Part shown: one piece after another, positions 25,950 to 39,764 of the stretch | How positions within the stretch are numbered: the stretch's first letter is position 1 | How the letters are laid out: each line of letters starts with the position of its first letter | Assembly: GCF_006345805.1 (NCBI RefSeq) | Contig: NC_043003.1 | Span: forward strand, 62,434,001-62,498,000 | From: Octopus sinensis | Taxonomy: Eukaryota | Length of the DNA stretch: 64,000 nt | Direction of reading: 5' to 3' | Notes under the pieces: generated by a model | What the model was told of the DNA's origin: nothing | Databases searched by the model: none | Seen by the model: the letters and a program-made list of their open reading frames with translations, nothing else | Translations under genes and position numbers: made by a program

Positions 25950-26400
25950 TTGATAATGCAATCCTGGCAACTTACAGACAGAAAAATGGTGATTATTAAA
26001 GTTATATAATCTCCCACTGTAGCAAACCACCTTAGGGAAATAAAGATTTATTTTGCTTTTAAGCATCTTCCCATAACTTCATGGCAGCAATTTCGTTATT
26101 GTAAGAGGACATTTTAATTGTCATAGATAATGATATTGATTTTCCAGTATACACAATAGTGTGGGAGTTGAAGCAGAATTAGAAATGAAAGAACTTTGAA
26201 CAATTTCTACTGAGGTTTAAATTCCTCTAACATAAACCACTGATCTTAGGACACTGCATTGATGATACTAGAGAGGCTGGGTAAAGAAATAAATGAAAAT
26301 TAAGGAAGTTCGGTTGTGGTATTATTGAATGGCTGTCGGTGACATTTAGTTAATTAAAAGATCATTGGTGTGCAATATTTCAAGCTTATGAGTTTGAAGC
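25950..26400 (+). mobile_element. Very decayed LINE APE endonuclease fragment
   Basis: GHFNCH (GDFN-like) at about 26107 followed by SSIHNSVGVE; many stops. Confidence 0.35.
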
Positions 26401-27900
26401 CAAAGAAATAATGTCAGGTTATAACAACAACAAAATAAAAAATAGAAAAAGAGTTACTACTAATAGAGAAGAATTGTGTAGTAAAGCAAGAAATATAATT
26501 GATTCTATATAGTTTGATATGTTTTTTTTTCTTCTCCTGAAAATGCAAGCTTACCATGGCTAGGATAGCTGTCTTTCTGAAACACTGCGAACATGACATT
26601 TGCTCAAGTTTTGATGTTATTAAAGACATAATGTGGAAATAAGGTGTGTATTTGTCACTATAGTAGCATTAATATATAAGGATTATCAAAGTTAAGTTGA
26701 TATTATCAACTGATACATCTCATGCAGAAAACTTAGACAACTGGCATATGTTTATATACAGTATGAAGGTAACGAGCTGGCAGAATAATTAGAGTGTCTG
26801 ACAAAAGTCTTAGTGGCATTTCTTCCAGTTTTTTTACATTTTGAATCGAAATGTCATTGAGGTTGACTTTGCTTTTCACCCTTTCAGGGTCAATGAAATT
26901 AAAACCAGTTGAGCACTGGGGTTGATGTAATTCACTAACCCCTTCCCCCTAAAACTGCTAGTTTTGTACTGAAATTAGAAAGGATAAATATGCAGGGCTC
27001 ACTTATGTATCATGCATGTCACTAATTGCAGACAATGATATTCCTGAAAAGAGTATATTGCTTATATATAACAGGCACTGCCTTTTTTTTTCTTTAGTTT
27101 TATGAAGGGTGGAAAAAGGAATTTAGTTTGATATAAATAGTAATTGCTGCCTAAAATACTTTGAAAAAGTTTACAAATCCTAAATGAAACAAAGTTATTT
27201 TGAAAGTGACTTTTGAACTTTATTGTAATGTCAACATGGGAGAAATCCTGTGATTTTGACAATCATTGTGTACTTATGTTAGTTTATGCCTGATTTTACT
27301 CTTCAATGCATACATGAGATATACATGATCATATTCTCATGAGAATAAATATATATCATTTAAGTATATATTTTTATGTGATTTAAATATATATAAAATA
27401 TATATAATTTATATATAATATATTGTTTTATAAAAAATCCCTTTTCAGATTTTTTTGTTTTTAAACATTCTGGTTTGGTACATATTTTTAATATTTTTTC
27501 TTTTAGTTGTGTCATATATAATGTTTAGTACGGTACTAATATTGTTTAATGAAATAAAAAGAAATATTTCAAATAAAATATATATAAAGGATTTTAACAT
27601 TATTCTAATATATATATATGAGTGTGACAATGTCAGTGTCACCTGATTAGCACCTGTGCCAATGACATGTAAAAAGCATCATTTGAGCATGGCCGATGCC
27701 AGTACTGCTTAACTAGCTCCTGTGCTGGTGGCATTTAAAAAGCACCCACTACACTCTTGGAATGGTTGGCATTAGAAAGGGCATCCAGGTCAAAATCAGA
27801 TTGAAGCCTGATGCAGCCTCCTGGCTTGCCAGTTCTCAGTTAAACTGTCCAACCCATGCCAGCATAGAAAGCAGACATTAAACAACAATGATGATGATGT

Positions 27901-27941
<41 letters not shown>

Positions 27942-29749
27942 GTATATATATATATATACATTAAGCAATATATTGTAGGTGAGTCATGTTATTACCTATT
28001 ATAGAGGATTATTGAAACATAAATATAATTTTAAGAGGCATATATTCATACACACAGACCAAGGTATGTACAAGTGTATAAACAGAAATGAAGAACATTT
28101 AGTATTTTTACTATTTCTATTTCCATTTTATAGTTTATTTCTGAATCATTTGGATGTGTTGGTAAAATAGGAAACAACCTTAGTCAATATCATCTCTGAA
28201 ATACATATACTTATGAAATGTAATATATATTTAATATATTACTATCAGTATATTATAGTGATTGAAAGTCCTTGATACATTATTATAGTGATTTCAAGTC
28301 TTGGTGCCATATCACTTATATTGGTCAATATATGATGTGTAACTCATTGCTACCATTAGTTTGCAAGGACAATAAATATGACTTCTTGTTATGCCGGCCT
28401 GAATCTGGCCATACAGTTGGCATTGGAAAATCAGTAACATTTAGTTCTTGCATTTCATGTGCACTTCTAAATTTTAGGTTTAAAAGTCACATTTTAGGTT
28501 TGAAAAGTGCATATTATATACAAAGAATATGATAATTGTGTATTCAGTGTTCTTAGCTGATTTACTTTGCTTCTTGAACTTGGAATCCTTACAATAAAAT
28601 TCAAACCTAAATTCCATTTGTAGCTATAATTTTCAGAGAAATCTTTTGATTTCCCCAAATCTCTATGAACTTTGAAAGAAAACAATTTAGCACTCTGGAA
28701 TAATTATCGTTAGAGTTTTAAATTAATTACTTTCATTTCATAGTGAGCATGCTATTAATAGTAAAGATTTAAATGAGGTTGATTTCCTTGAAATTTGTTT
28801 CACACTATCAATAAGTTTGATTTAATTATTGTTTTGAAATATTCATATAATCACAATTTTTTTATAGTACTCTAAATATACAGGAAATGGGAACAAACCA
28901 GACCAGATCGTATGTTTTTATTTTTAAATGCAAACTTTTTTGGTAAGATTTTGTATCTGTTGCTTAAATGAGTACTATTAAGTGCAGATGACTGACTTAC
29001 TTTAGTTATAGAGAAAAGTGGAATAATACAGTCCACTTTACTGGGATCTATAAATCTTAGACTTTTGAAGGAATCACTGAGAGAAAAAGGAATTGACAAA
29101 TATTGGTTGGCTGGTTTTTTTTAAATGTTGTCAAGAAAGGGAAAGCCAAATAGTAGATGGATATTAATTGCTGAATTCTATAGAATGTCAGTGGTAGAAG
29201 GTAATGTAAGAAACACTTAAGATATGAACGACCCAATGACTATTTCTTTGGACTTTTTTGTGCAATAAAATCTGTCATTGGGTAGCCTGTTGATTGCAGC
29301 AGGTTGTTAAATGTAGAAAAGTCACATCTGACGATTTTGTACACCTCACTTGGTTTAATGTACTTAGGTCATTGTTGCTGACTTTTGTCCATCTAAGGAA
29401 TAGATGGAAATTTCTTCACTTCATTCTCTGTTCCTTTCAATCCCATCTCTCCCTCTCATTCCTTCCCTGACATTCCTTTTCTCTTCATTCCTACCCCTTC
29501 ATTATGCTGGCACATTGTATATAACGACTGTGCAGGTCTATTTGTAAGTGGCAGTCCTTGTATCCACCAAAGATGCTGACAGTATTTAACATTATCAAGT
29601 AATGCTTTAGTGAAATGTTGAGAGCAGGGTTAGGTAGGTGAAACACAATAAGAGTAATCAAAGCAGGAGAGAGTATGTAGATTATTAATTAAAAAAAAAG
29701 AAGAGGTAATTGTTGTAGCAATAGAAAAGACAGAAAGAAGATACAGCAT

Positions 29750-30480
29750 GAATAGGAGTTAGAATTTGAAGCTTATTTTTTTATTGAATCAGTTAAGTAG
29801 CCTTTTCTGAATCTTGTTTGTGTTTGTAACTGTATCACTATTTGAGAGATATAAGCAGAAAGGAAGTTGGTGCTGTTTAAGTTGCACCAGAGTTCATAGA
29901 TTTTAGTAGAGAGAAAGGAAAAATGTCTTGCAGATTTATTGTCATTGTGATCTGGTTTCATTGATTCATTTCATTTAATGTAGTTTTGCTGTGTCATAAG
30001 AAAAAAGAAACCACAAGCTCCTGTTCTATGTACAACATGATGTCCACAGGCAGCTATTTTCCACCTGTATCCTCTTATAAACAGTAGCATTATGTAAGGA
30101 TAAGTGTAGCCAGAAGCAACGCATAAAAAAATCCATAATATACTCAAAACTAAAGGTCTGATCCTTATGCTTACAACAGAAGTAATTCCACAAAAACACA
30201 TTTAAGGCTTAGGTTGTAATATGAAATAAGATGGTAAATTAAGTCTGGCACATCCAAAAGTTTAAGAGTCATAGTGTCTAGACACCACAAGAGGGTTTCA
30301 CTTACTAGATTCAGAAACTGCTCCTTGCAGATGATATGTGATTCAAAGTGACCCTTTGGTCATTTTGAAGATAACTCCAAGGTGAGTTATCCTGCTGCAA
30401 CTTCAGAAGTCACATCTCCTAAGCTATGGCATTTGCAAGCATGATGGATGATCATAAGTTTAGAGGGCTACCAGGACAGT
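29750..30480 (+). mobile_element. Very decayed LINE reverse-transcriptase fragment
   Basis: LLLADDM (YADD-like) near 30320 and a PQGS-like segment near 30040; frameshifted. Confidence 0.4.
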
Positions 30481-31704
30481 AAGTATTCAAACAGAAAGTT
30501 AGAGAAAACAAAAATCTTTGATTAATAAATTACTGGTCGAGTAAATAGTCTTTCGTTTCAATGCTACAGAGTATATTGATAGATTTTAGCCAACACTATG
30601 TAAAAGATAAATGTAATCATCTTGTCATATGCAGAGTCTTGGGCTGTCGACACTTTTAGCTATCTAGATTTTAAAGGTTAGTCATTTAAGAAGTGAACAC
30701 AACTGACAAAGACAATAGTCTTTGAGAAAATTAAAGTGAAACAAGTGGCGATGGGGATTCAGTTGTAGCAGTATATATATTAGAACTATTTTATGCCAAA
30801 GAATAATAAGCAAGAAAAATAAAAGTAAATATAAATGAATTCAAGTACTATTAGTTTCACTACTACACTTACCAACATATTCAATCACTAACTCACAAAT
30901 GTGTGGCTTCTCCCTCCTAGCTCTTGTAACCTCACTACGTCAGCCTCAGCTCTTGTAAACTAATTAGCTACTTACCTTCTCTACCAATAACCATCTTAAC
31001 TATCTGCCTCTCCTCTCCCCATCACCCTTACTATACTTCATCTCTCAGACTTCACATGTCATTACTCCTCCCTAGTCATTACTCCTCAGAGTTATATAAC
31101 CCTCTGGAATACCTACCCCCATTTATGTTCTCCTTGCAGCCATCAACCTATAGATGCTCAAACTGAGTATCAACTAAATCTATTCTAACAAGCTTTGCAG
31201 GGACTGCAAAAGTCATGAGCAGTGTCCCACCTCCCTTGAATAACTTAGCAAAAAACGTGGTGGTGATGGTGGTGGTGGCGATGGCAATGGTGATGATGAT
31301 GATGATGAGGAGGAGGAGGAGGAGGGATTATTAACTAGAATATATTCACATTTATCATTATTTTCATGTGTAAAGTGTTTCCAATTTATTATTTTGAAAT
31401 TTAAATGTGAACTTCATTTTACTTGAAATTTTCTCAGTCTTAGTAAAAATAGAAGACGGCTGAGAGAAAGAGGGTGGAAGAAGGAGAAAGGAGAGGAAAA
31501 TAAATACCAGAGAGAGAGACAGACACAGAGAGAGAGAGAGAGATTAGGTAGTAAGTCAATTATTCCTAAGAGTATTTATATATTATCTGGCTACATGTAA
31601 AAGTAAACTAACTTTACTAAAATTCTGATTATAAACATCTGCAACTTAAGACTTAAAGTGCTCACATATATTTACACCACACACATGTGCATACATATAA
31701 GTGG

Positions 31705-31764
<60 letters not shown>

Positions 31765-31770
31765 ACACAC

Positions 31771-31814
<44 letters not shown>

Positions 31815-33060
31815 ATATATGTATGTATATATATATATATATATTATATATGTGTGTGCGTATGTATGTTTGTATATATGACTTTACTGTGCATAAAGCA
31901 AATGTTTGCTGAAAGGCATTCATTTCATTTAACATGTCATAGATTACCATAGCAGAACTGTTGTAACACAGTATTCCAATAAAAATATTTCTAATTTTAA
32001 TTCCCATTAGTTATACAGTTTAGCACTAATCTTGATTTTGTATTCGCTCAGTAATCATTCATTTACAGATTGTTTAGACTATTTTATGTTTCGTTTTTTC
32101 CCTTGTTTGCTTGTTTGTTTATTTTGTATTCAATAGAAATTTTGCCACTTACACAGCATGAATTGTGTTTCTTGTGTTAGAAACTCTAGAAAGCTGTTTC
32201 TTTAGAAGAACAACATATTTTACATTTGACCCTAAAAGTCAATGAAAATCATTGATTAAACAATCATAAGAAAATCAAGGACAACATTTTCTACAGAATG
32301 TTCTATATTGTATCAAAAGGCAGCGAGCATGCCAGACAAATTGCTTAGCAGCAGTTTGTCTGTCTTTTTACTCAGAGTTCAAATTCTGCCAAGATTGGCT
32401 TTGCCGTTCATCCTTTTGGAGGTCAATAAAATAGTACAAGTTGAGCCCTAGGGTTAATGTAATCGACTTACCCCCTCTGCTGAAATTGCTGGCCTTGGTT
32501 GACTTTTCTTTTCATCCTTTTGGGGACGAAAGTGACTAGCATCCTCTCCCAAAATTTCAAGCTTGGTGCCTATAGAAGAAAGGTTTTATGATAAATTTGA
32601 AGTCAGTTGTTCATAGCATGAAAGTATATTTTGATACATAAAAAAGTTAGGTGTGACAGATAACTGAGTAATAATAATCTTCAACATGTGGTTCTATTGC
32701 TTCACAAATTTTATTAATTGAGAATGCTTTCTGTTAGACAGAAAAGAATTCTATGGATTTTCATAATTCAATATCAGATTTAAATTTCAGTGACATACAA
32801 AAATGAAATCTTTAGAGTAGATATTTTTTCTGTGGTGAATTTTCTTCTGAGTATTGAATATTCATTTCACAAATAACCTACTTATGTAATTTTAAATCAG
32901 TATAAATTAAATTACTTCCATTTTGCTTAAAAAGAACTGTTGCATTTTATTACATATGACAACTATTTTTAGTTCACGTTGAAAGTGTCTCATAACTCAT
33001 TAAGTAATTTCACTTGGAAAGATTTGAAAAGATAAATATTTTTGAAATGTGATCACACAT

Positions 33061-33106
<46 letters not shown>

Positions 33107-35136
33107 ATACAGCTCAGTTATACTTGCAAAAATTAGTAGCTACCTCTCAGCAATAATTATCAAGTAATCACTGTAATTACAATAATTTCAAACTTGACCA
33201 ATTTCATCTAAAATGAAAAGTTTTGAGAAACCAGCTAAATATTATAACTTGTGATATTCTCTGGTTGTTGGTGTTTTTATTTCAGTTATTTGCACTGTTG
33301 TACATACTTCTCTGCTAATGACAGATGCAACTAGCTAGAACTATGTAACCATGCCAGCAAAAGAAATCAGATATTATAAAATTATACACATCTGTATGTA
33401 TGAGCTTAAATATATATATGTATATTTATATCAGTTGTTATATATATGTGTGTGAATTTGTATATGTGTGTGTTATTTATGTTTAAAACAATTTTGAACC
33501 ATCTGACCTTATATTTTATTATTCCACTACAACAGTTCAACAGCTTTCTGAAATGTATGTTTTGAGTTTTCTACACTTATTTTCATGGATTAGCTTCGAA
33601 TCAAATGTTTATTTTCCTGATTTAAATGTATATTGGTTGTTGGTTCTACTTAACACTATTTGACATCAAATTCTGTTCAAGCACCAAATGTCAAAGGTGA
33701 TGCAAGAGGCGATAGCTGTTATTAATCCTCATGTGTCATGTTATGCCTGTTGCCCATTTATTGATGACAGAATTTGTCCTTTGACATCTATCATGTACAA
33801 TATGATGTTAGACACTACCTGTCAGAGTTGATTACTAAGCCAATATACATTCAAATCAGGATGAGCAAGATAAACCCATGAATTTGGTTGTTGATGTAGA
33901 ATCAAAACTATTGTCCCATGAAAAGTTCCATTGCTCTCTACGAGTAAGAAATATATCTTAAGCATTACATTACAGTCAACAGCTCAAGCTGTTTGGGCCT
34001 TCTATCATAGTTTATGGTTAGGAGTGAGCATGGCTGAAAACACCTTGTATTGAAATAGTTGATCATCCCATGATTTCTCAGCTGTGTGCAAGCTAAGTAT
34101 TGCATGAACTCTTATTTAAGCTACCATTTGGAGATATGATACTGAACAGAACAGGAACCAGCATTGTTGTGACATTTATGATCGATGTATAAATATTTTA
34201 TCATTACACAGGTATCCTAAAGAATCTATTCCTTTTCAAAAGTGACATTATCTCTCTTTCAGTTGGTAAACCAGCTTCAAGATATTTTTGAAAATATTTT
34301 TGGGTTTTGCTAAGATCTAAAAATTACTAATACAATTTGTTTTTCTTTAATTACAAAACCATGTTTGGTGCAACACAAAAGTTTTCCCAACAGAATTAAT
34401 TCTTCTTCAATATGAGCGAGTATTCTTCATGAGTTAGAAATAGTTAGAAATATATTTTAAGCTGGTGACTTTTGATTAAAGCAGCCTGAGCTATGGCTAA
34501 AGTCACAAATTAGGATGAATATTAAACATGGCTGAAGAGACCTTATATTCCTATGATTGCAAGGCTTTCTGCAATCTATGTAAATTTAAAAAAAAGGGAT
34601 TTGTACTTTAATCAACTCTGAGGAAAAAGTGGAACACTGTTACATTTTTTTTAGAGTGCATCTACATTACCCCCTGTGGAAGTTGATGATGATATTGCAA
34701 CAACAGGAACTATGGGTAACATTTCCTGCTTCACATGGCTAAGCAAGTGGCAAACATAATGCCAACATTGCCTGATCTTTTTAAACATTTTGACAAACAT
34801 ATACTTCTTGGACCTTGTCTTCATCTTCTTAAGAGTTTTACTAACCATATTGAAATTAACCTCAGTGATAGTACCATTGTTAGTGTCCCACTATCTTAGC
34901 CATTTCTTAAACTTAACAACTTCTTATGGTGACCTATTTTTCTCATACTTCTTTTATTATAGCTGAAGGTAAGTTAGCAAACTGGCAGCATTGTAAGTGT
35001 GTTGGGCAAAAATGCTTGTTCTGGCACTTTATGTTCTGAGTTCAAATACCACAGAGGTCATCTTTGTTTTTCATCTTTCAGGTTGATAAACTAAAGTACT
35101 GGGATTAATGGAACTGACTTATACTCCACCCCTTAA

Positions 35137-35440
35137 CACTTAAAGTGCAACAGGCCATGATTGTGGCCTTCGGGCACAGGTCAACAGGCCAAGATCGTGG
35201 CCCAGGTAGATGCATTTAATTTATAGGCATTTGTTGGGATCTAATGTCATTCGAATGCTCTGATACCCCTTAGAATCCAAGAGGACTAAACTTTTCAGAT
35301 GATGTAAAACTTGCCACTATTATATACTAACAAGATATTTTAACTATTTTTTGTTTTTTATGTGTGCATGGTAGTCTCATTTCCATAAAATGTGCTCAGC
35401 AGTCCATGGTGTGTAAGTGCAAATCCCAGCGCTTTATGGG
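35137..35440. mobile_element. piggyBac-type MITE, family 2, inserted in a SINE
   Basis: TTAA at 35133-35136 and 35441-35444; imperfect TIRs cacttaaagtgc / gcgctttatggg; subterminal direct repeat caacaggcca.gat.gtggcc. Confidence 0.65.
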
Positions 35441-36299
35441 TTAACATTGTTGGCTTATTGATGTAGCAAAATCAGAAAGAATTATAACAGAAGTCAATTT
35501 AAGCCATGCCCTTTCTCACACACTTTTGATAGACACCTCGATTCTTTTACTCTGTCTTGCAATTCAGAATACTTCTTGCTTCTCAGCCTTCTGGTAGAAC
35601 GTGAGTAAGCATTTTTTCTTTTGTTTCTTTCTTGATCGGATATTTTGTTTCTTGTCTACCCTCTTAATACCCCCTCGATGCCACCACCGCCATTACAATA
35701 CTCCTCTCTTTTTATATCTATCATTTATCTTTTAAAGGTTTAACCATCATACACATTGACTGCCTTGCTGAGACCTTGAATTCATCAGCCACTTACAATA
35801 GTTTGTCCCTTAGGAATCTTCACCTGTTCTCTTTGTCCTTGTTTTCTTTTTTTTATCTTCACTTCTCCATTAAAATAAATGTCATGTAACATTATTTAAA
35901 AGTTTTGTCAGAAAGTGAGAACTGATTTTCTCCACCTTCTTCTCCTCCTAGTCTTTCATGTCAAAGTTATCTTACTCTTCAACCTGGTTCATAACCATTA
36001 ATTTATGTCAATAGATATATTCCTAATCAAAGAAAGATTTGGTTTTCACATTATTTGCTTGTCTTGCTTTCTGTTATATACAAAATCAATTTCAGTCTCA
36101 TACCCATCATCATCGTCGTCGTTATCATCATCACCACCATCATCATCATCTAATATTTGCTTTCCATGCTGACATGGGTTGGACAGTTTCACAGGATCTG
36201 ACAAGTCAGATAACTGCATCAGGCATCAGTGTCTACTTGGACATAATTTATATTATGTGTTTACTTGGCATAGAGTCTACTTGGCATAGTTTGTATTAT

Positions 36300-36510
36300 A
36301 TTTTAATTTACTTGTTTCGGTCATCAGACTGTGACCATGCTGGAGCAGTGCATTGAAGAATTTTAGTCAAATGAATCAACCCCATCATTTATTAAAGCCT
36401 GGTACTTATTCTATTGGCCTCTTTTGCCAAACTGCTGAGTTTGGAGATGTAAATACACCACTGTTGGTTTTTAAACAGTGTTGGGGGACAAACACAGACA
36501 CAAAGACATA
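36300..36510 (-). mobile_element. SINE family D 3' part (others at about 20640-20700, 38665-38730, 40695-40890, 41150-41280)
   Basis: ttacttgtttc.gtca...gactgtg.ccatgctgg.gca...aagcctggtacttattctat...gggggacaaacacagacac motif. Confidence 0.75.
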
Positions 36511-36624
36511 TACTCATAAAAATGTATATATATATAGTCTCATAAACATCATCATACCCAAGTCTATATATAGTCTCATACCCAAGTCTCTATTTGGTAA
36601 TTCTATCCCTGTTATGGACTGTAC

Positions 36625-36919
36625 TTTGCCTGTTTTTAATTAGATTATTCTGCACTTCTTGAGTCCAAATTCCATTCCAGTATTAGTCCTAAAACAGTGG
36701 ACCATATTCACCAAAGAACTCACTTGTGTCTCATCCTTGCTATACAGTTTCAAATCATCCATGAAGAGGAGGTGGTTGATTGTTTGGGATTTTCCCTTTA
36801 GTTGGTACCCCAGGTTCATTTTCCTAAGTACCAAGGTCAGGAGTATCGTGCAGACAACAAAAAGCAATGGGGACAAGCTTTTTCCGTAAGATGTCAGTTC
36901 AGTTTTCCACCCAACGATA
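36625..36919 (-). mobile_element. R4/Dong-type LINE RT, downstream part
   Basis: SLSPLLFVVC...INHLLFMDDLKLYSKDE...GMEFGLKKC. It reads on from the 37755 piece (KRS|IVGWKTELT) once the mariner is removed. Confidence 0.85.
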
Positions 36920-37754
36920 CTAGATTTGATCAATAAGTATCTGGACTGTTGCCATAGTAATGGAGCTTAAGCATGCAGAGTAAAGCCACTTGGCACAGAT
37001 TGGCATTGGACTCTGCTGTGCATCTGAACTAAGTTTACAACTTTGCTTGGAAGGAATGCGTGTAGTGTGTGATCATCACATTGACAATGACAGAGAAAGT
37101 TGTCATGGTAATACATGCTCAGAGACCTATGCAAAGTTGTAGAAAGTGTGTGGAGAGGAGTGTGTGAGCCATACACAAGTGTACAAGTGTTTCAGATGTT
37201 TCCAAGATGGCCAAAAAAATGTTGATAGTAACAAAAATTCTGGGAGACCAAAACCAGCAGAACTGAGAAAAACATTGCAGATGGAAACTGTCAAATCACC
37301 ATCCATGAGTTATCAGAGGATGTTTAGATTAGTAACAGTTCAGTTCAGTCCATTATCACTGAAGATTTAGGTATGAGATGCATGTCTGCCAAGTTTTGTG
37401 CAAAAACTGCTTTCAGCTGACCAAAAAGGACACTTGGGATTCAGTAGCACAAGATCTCCTTGATTGTGTTGAGTATGATGAAAACTTTTTGAAAACTTTG
37501 TCTTGGCCTCTAAGCAGGTATCGCCAAGCTTTTGACAAAACTTGATGCAGATTCTCTGCTCAACACTCTCTGTCATGCTCAATGCAACAATCACACACAA
37601 CACACGTTCCTTCCAAGCATTGCTGTAAACAGTGGAAGTGATCTAGAATGTTAAAACTTAGTGTGCATGCACAGCAGAGTTCAAGACCAACCTGTGTCAA
37701 GTGGCTTTACTCTGTGTGCTCTAGCTTCAATACTATGGCAACAGTCTGGATACA
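36920..37754. mobile_element. Foldback mariner derivative made of two inverted 5' ends
   Basis: The left arm encodes the transposase N-terminus up to ENFLKTL on +. The right arm encodes MTESVEQRICIKFCQKLG on -. About 200 bp of 5' sequence is shared in inverted orientation. TA lies at 36918-36919 and 37755-37756; the right TIR is truncated. Confidence 0.8.
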
Positions 37755-38140
37755 TACTTCTCTTCAAGAAACACATTACACCCCTCACAATTCCAAACAG
37801 ATCTCAGCACTTGATGATCCATGAACGTGGAATCATATCATAAGCTTTGTGATAGTCAGTCCAGGTCATTTCCAAATATGTTCTCCTTCATTTACAATCT
37901 TGCATAACCATTTTATCTATTAATAATTGATATTTGGTACCTCTGCATCTCCTTCTACAGCCTTTTTGTTCCATCGGTAATATATCGTTCTCATCAAGAA
38001 ATTTATACAGTTCTTCTACAATTCCTCCTGACAGTAACTTCCACATTAATGGGAGGCAAGAAATTGGTCAGTAATTATCAGCAGCATTTCCCTTTGATGC
38101 ATCCTTCAGGCACAACACCATCCTTTTGTCAATCAGTACA
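37755..38140 (-). mobile_element. R4/Dong-type LINE RT, upstream part
   Basis: [16 protein letters not shown]...[27 protein letters not shown]...WTDYHKAYDMIPRSWI, typical of R4-clade RTs. Confidence 0.85.
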
Positions 38141-38507
38141 AGATTTCTTCTTCTCTGATTTCTTCCAAAACAGACTGGAACCTAGTGCAGCTCCCCAGCT
38201 TACCAGTTTTTAGTCAAACCATCCAACCTATGCCAGCATAGAAAACTGAGGACTGGTGAGCCCATCTGTATATATATATATATATATATTGAGGTTATGA
38301 GAGGTAATGGTTTCAAGAAGACCCAACGGTGTCAGGTAATGCTGAGTAATTTGCTATGGACAAACTATGGTTAAGCTCCAGGTTCGATGATTATGCGATT
38401 GAGGAGTCCAACATAGGTCATATATTAGCATGCGTATATATAAACTAATTAACAGAATGAGATAAAAATCCAAGGCTGTGAAAGATTTCAGAGTATGTAT
38501 GTATGTA

Positions 38508-38551
<44 letters not shown>

Positions 38552-39164
38552 TGGTTATGTGTGCAGGGCAGCAGAATCAAACTCCTTTACATACCAAATG
38601 GGCCAACATCTGGTACAGAGGCACATACAGGAGTGGTGATGTGAAGCATCTCAGACTGAGGAAATCAGAAAGACCACGGTGGTGCTCCAGCATGACCACA
38701 GCCACATGGCTGAAACAACCAAAAGAGTATATATATATATATTTTTTTTTTTGTAGATATGTGTGTGTGCATGTGTATGGATATATGTACATGTATAAAT
38801 GTGTGAGTCTGTGTGTGTTTGTGTGGGTGTACGTATAAACATGTATAATGAACAAGACAAAAATTACTCAATGCTTCATGTAGAATATAAATTTTATTCA
38901 GCTGCTGTCCTTTGCCATTGCTTCAACTTTAGTCATCAGTCCATTATGTGTGTGTGTGTGTGTGTGTGTGAAGTACCATACTGCCAACAAAACATCTACC
39001 TTGAATGCAGTGAATGTCAAAACACTGGATAAAAATGAACCAAACATGCCCTGATGGATGTATAATGTTAATACGCATGAACAAAAGAGTACAGGTGATT
39101 TGAGAGGTAAAAATGGATATAAATTATTGTTTACAAGAACCGAGCGAGTGCATTGTTGCATGTA

Positions 39165-39421
39165 CAAGAGGATGCTGAAAACTTTCTCACTTGGAGTAAA
39201 AGAAAACACAGGAGGAATAGTTATGATTTTATTCAACATATTTCCCTCATAGATTCACTTACTTATTGCAGTAGTCCTTCAGTTTTTCTAAGCCCTATAA
39301 AAGAACTTAGATGGTTGAACCTACAACCAGGCCTTTTGTGATAGATTTAAAGCCCTAGCTGAACCTTCAGCCGGGCCTTTTGCGATGCCCTTAAAGATAG
39401 GGACTTTTCAGTATATCCTTG
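39165..39421. mobile_element. Tc1/mariner-type MITE, same family as 47043-47257
   Basis: TA flanks, degenerate TIRs, and a shared cttattgcagt.gtccttcagtttttctaagccctat core. Confidence 0.75.
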
Positions 39422-39764
39422 TATGTGACGTATGAAAAAGCTGACAGATGGTTGTTGAAGTCTTGAGTAATCCAAGCAGGTAGAGCCTGTGGAAGAGAAA
39501 AACTGAAGAAAATGTGGGAAGATGTGTGGAAGGCTGCTCTCAGAATGCTGAATACCATGAAAGAAATGATTAAAGACTGCAAGAAGTTAGAAAAGAGTAA
39601 CCCAACCTATGTAAGTATGGAAAAATGGGCATGACAACAATACTACCTGAACAGGAGTAAACATGTGGATTGAAGATTCACTGAAGAGGTCACAGATGTG
39701 TGGCAAAAGATTTCCAGACAATGGACATAAGAACAATAATAAACGAGTGAGGAATGAATATATC

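Noticed and set aside
28885-28910. Next SPO11 exon (acag|GAAATGGGAACAAACCAGACCAGATC|gtatgt, giving RKWEQTRPD)
   Set aside because: It is in phase, but far too short and has no similarity to the expected L.IP...LT...RPY...W segment.
32140-32185. ILPLTQHE, resembling SPO11 LIPLTKRD
   Set aside because: Wrong phase, stops after a few codons, and lacks the rest of the exon.
34525-34580. KRPYI motif as part of the SPO11 exon after 24970
   Set aside because: An in-frame stop lies just upstream and there is no suitable acceptor.
36314-36328. Minus-strand CTGATGA-CC-GAAA hammerhead core
   Set aside because: No room for stem II and no stems I or III; it is a point variant of a SINE 3' end.
38395-38425. 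TTGAGGA-GTCC-aacata-GGTC hammerhead-like remnant
   Set aside because: The GAAA box and stem III are absent; too little is left to call.
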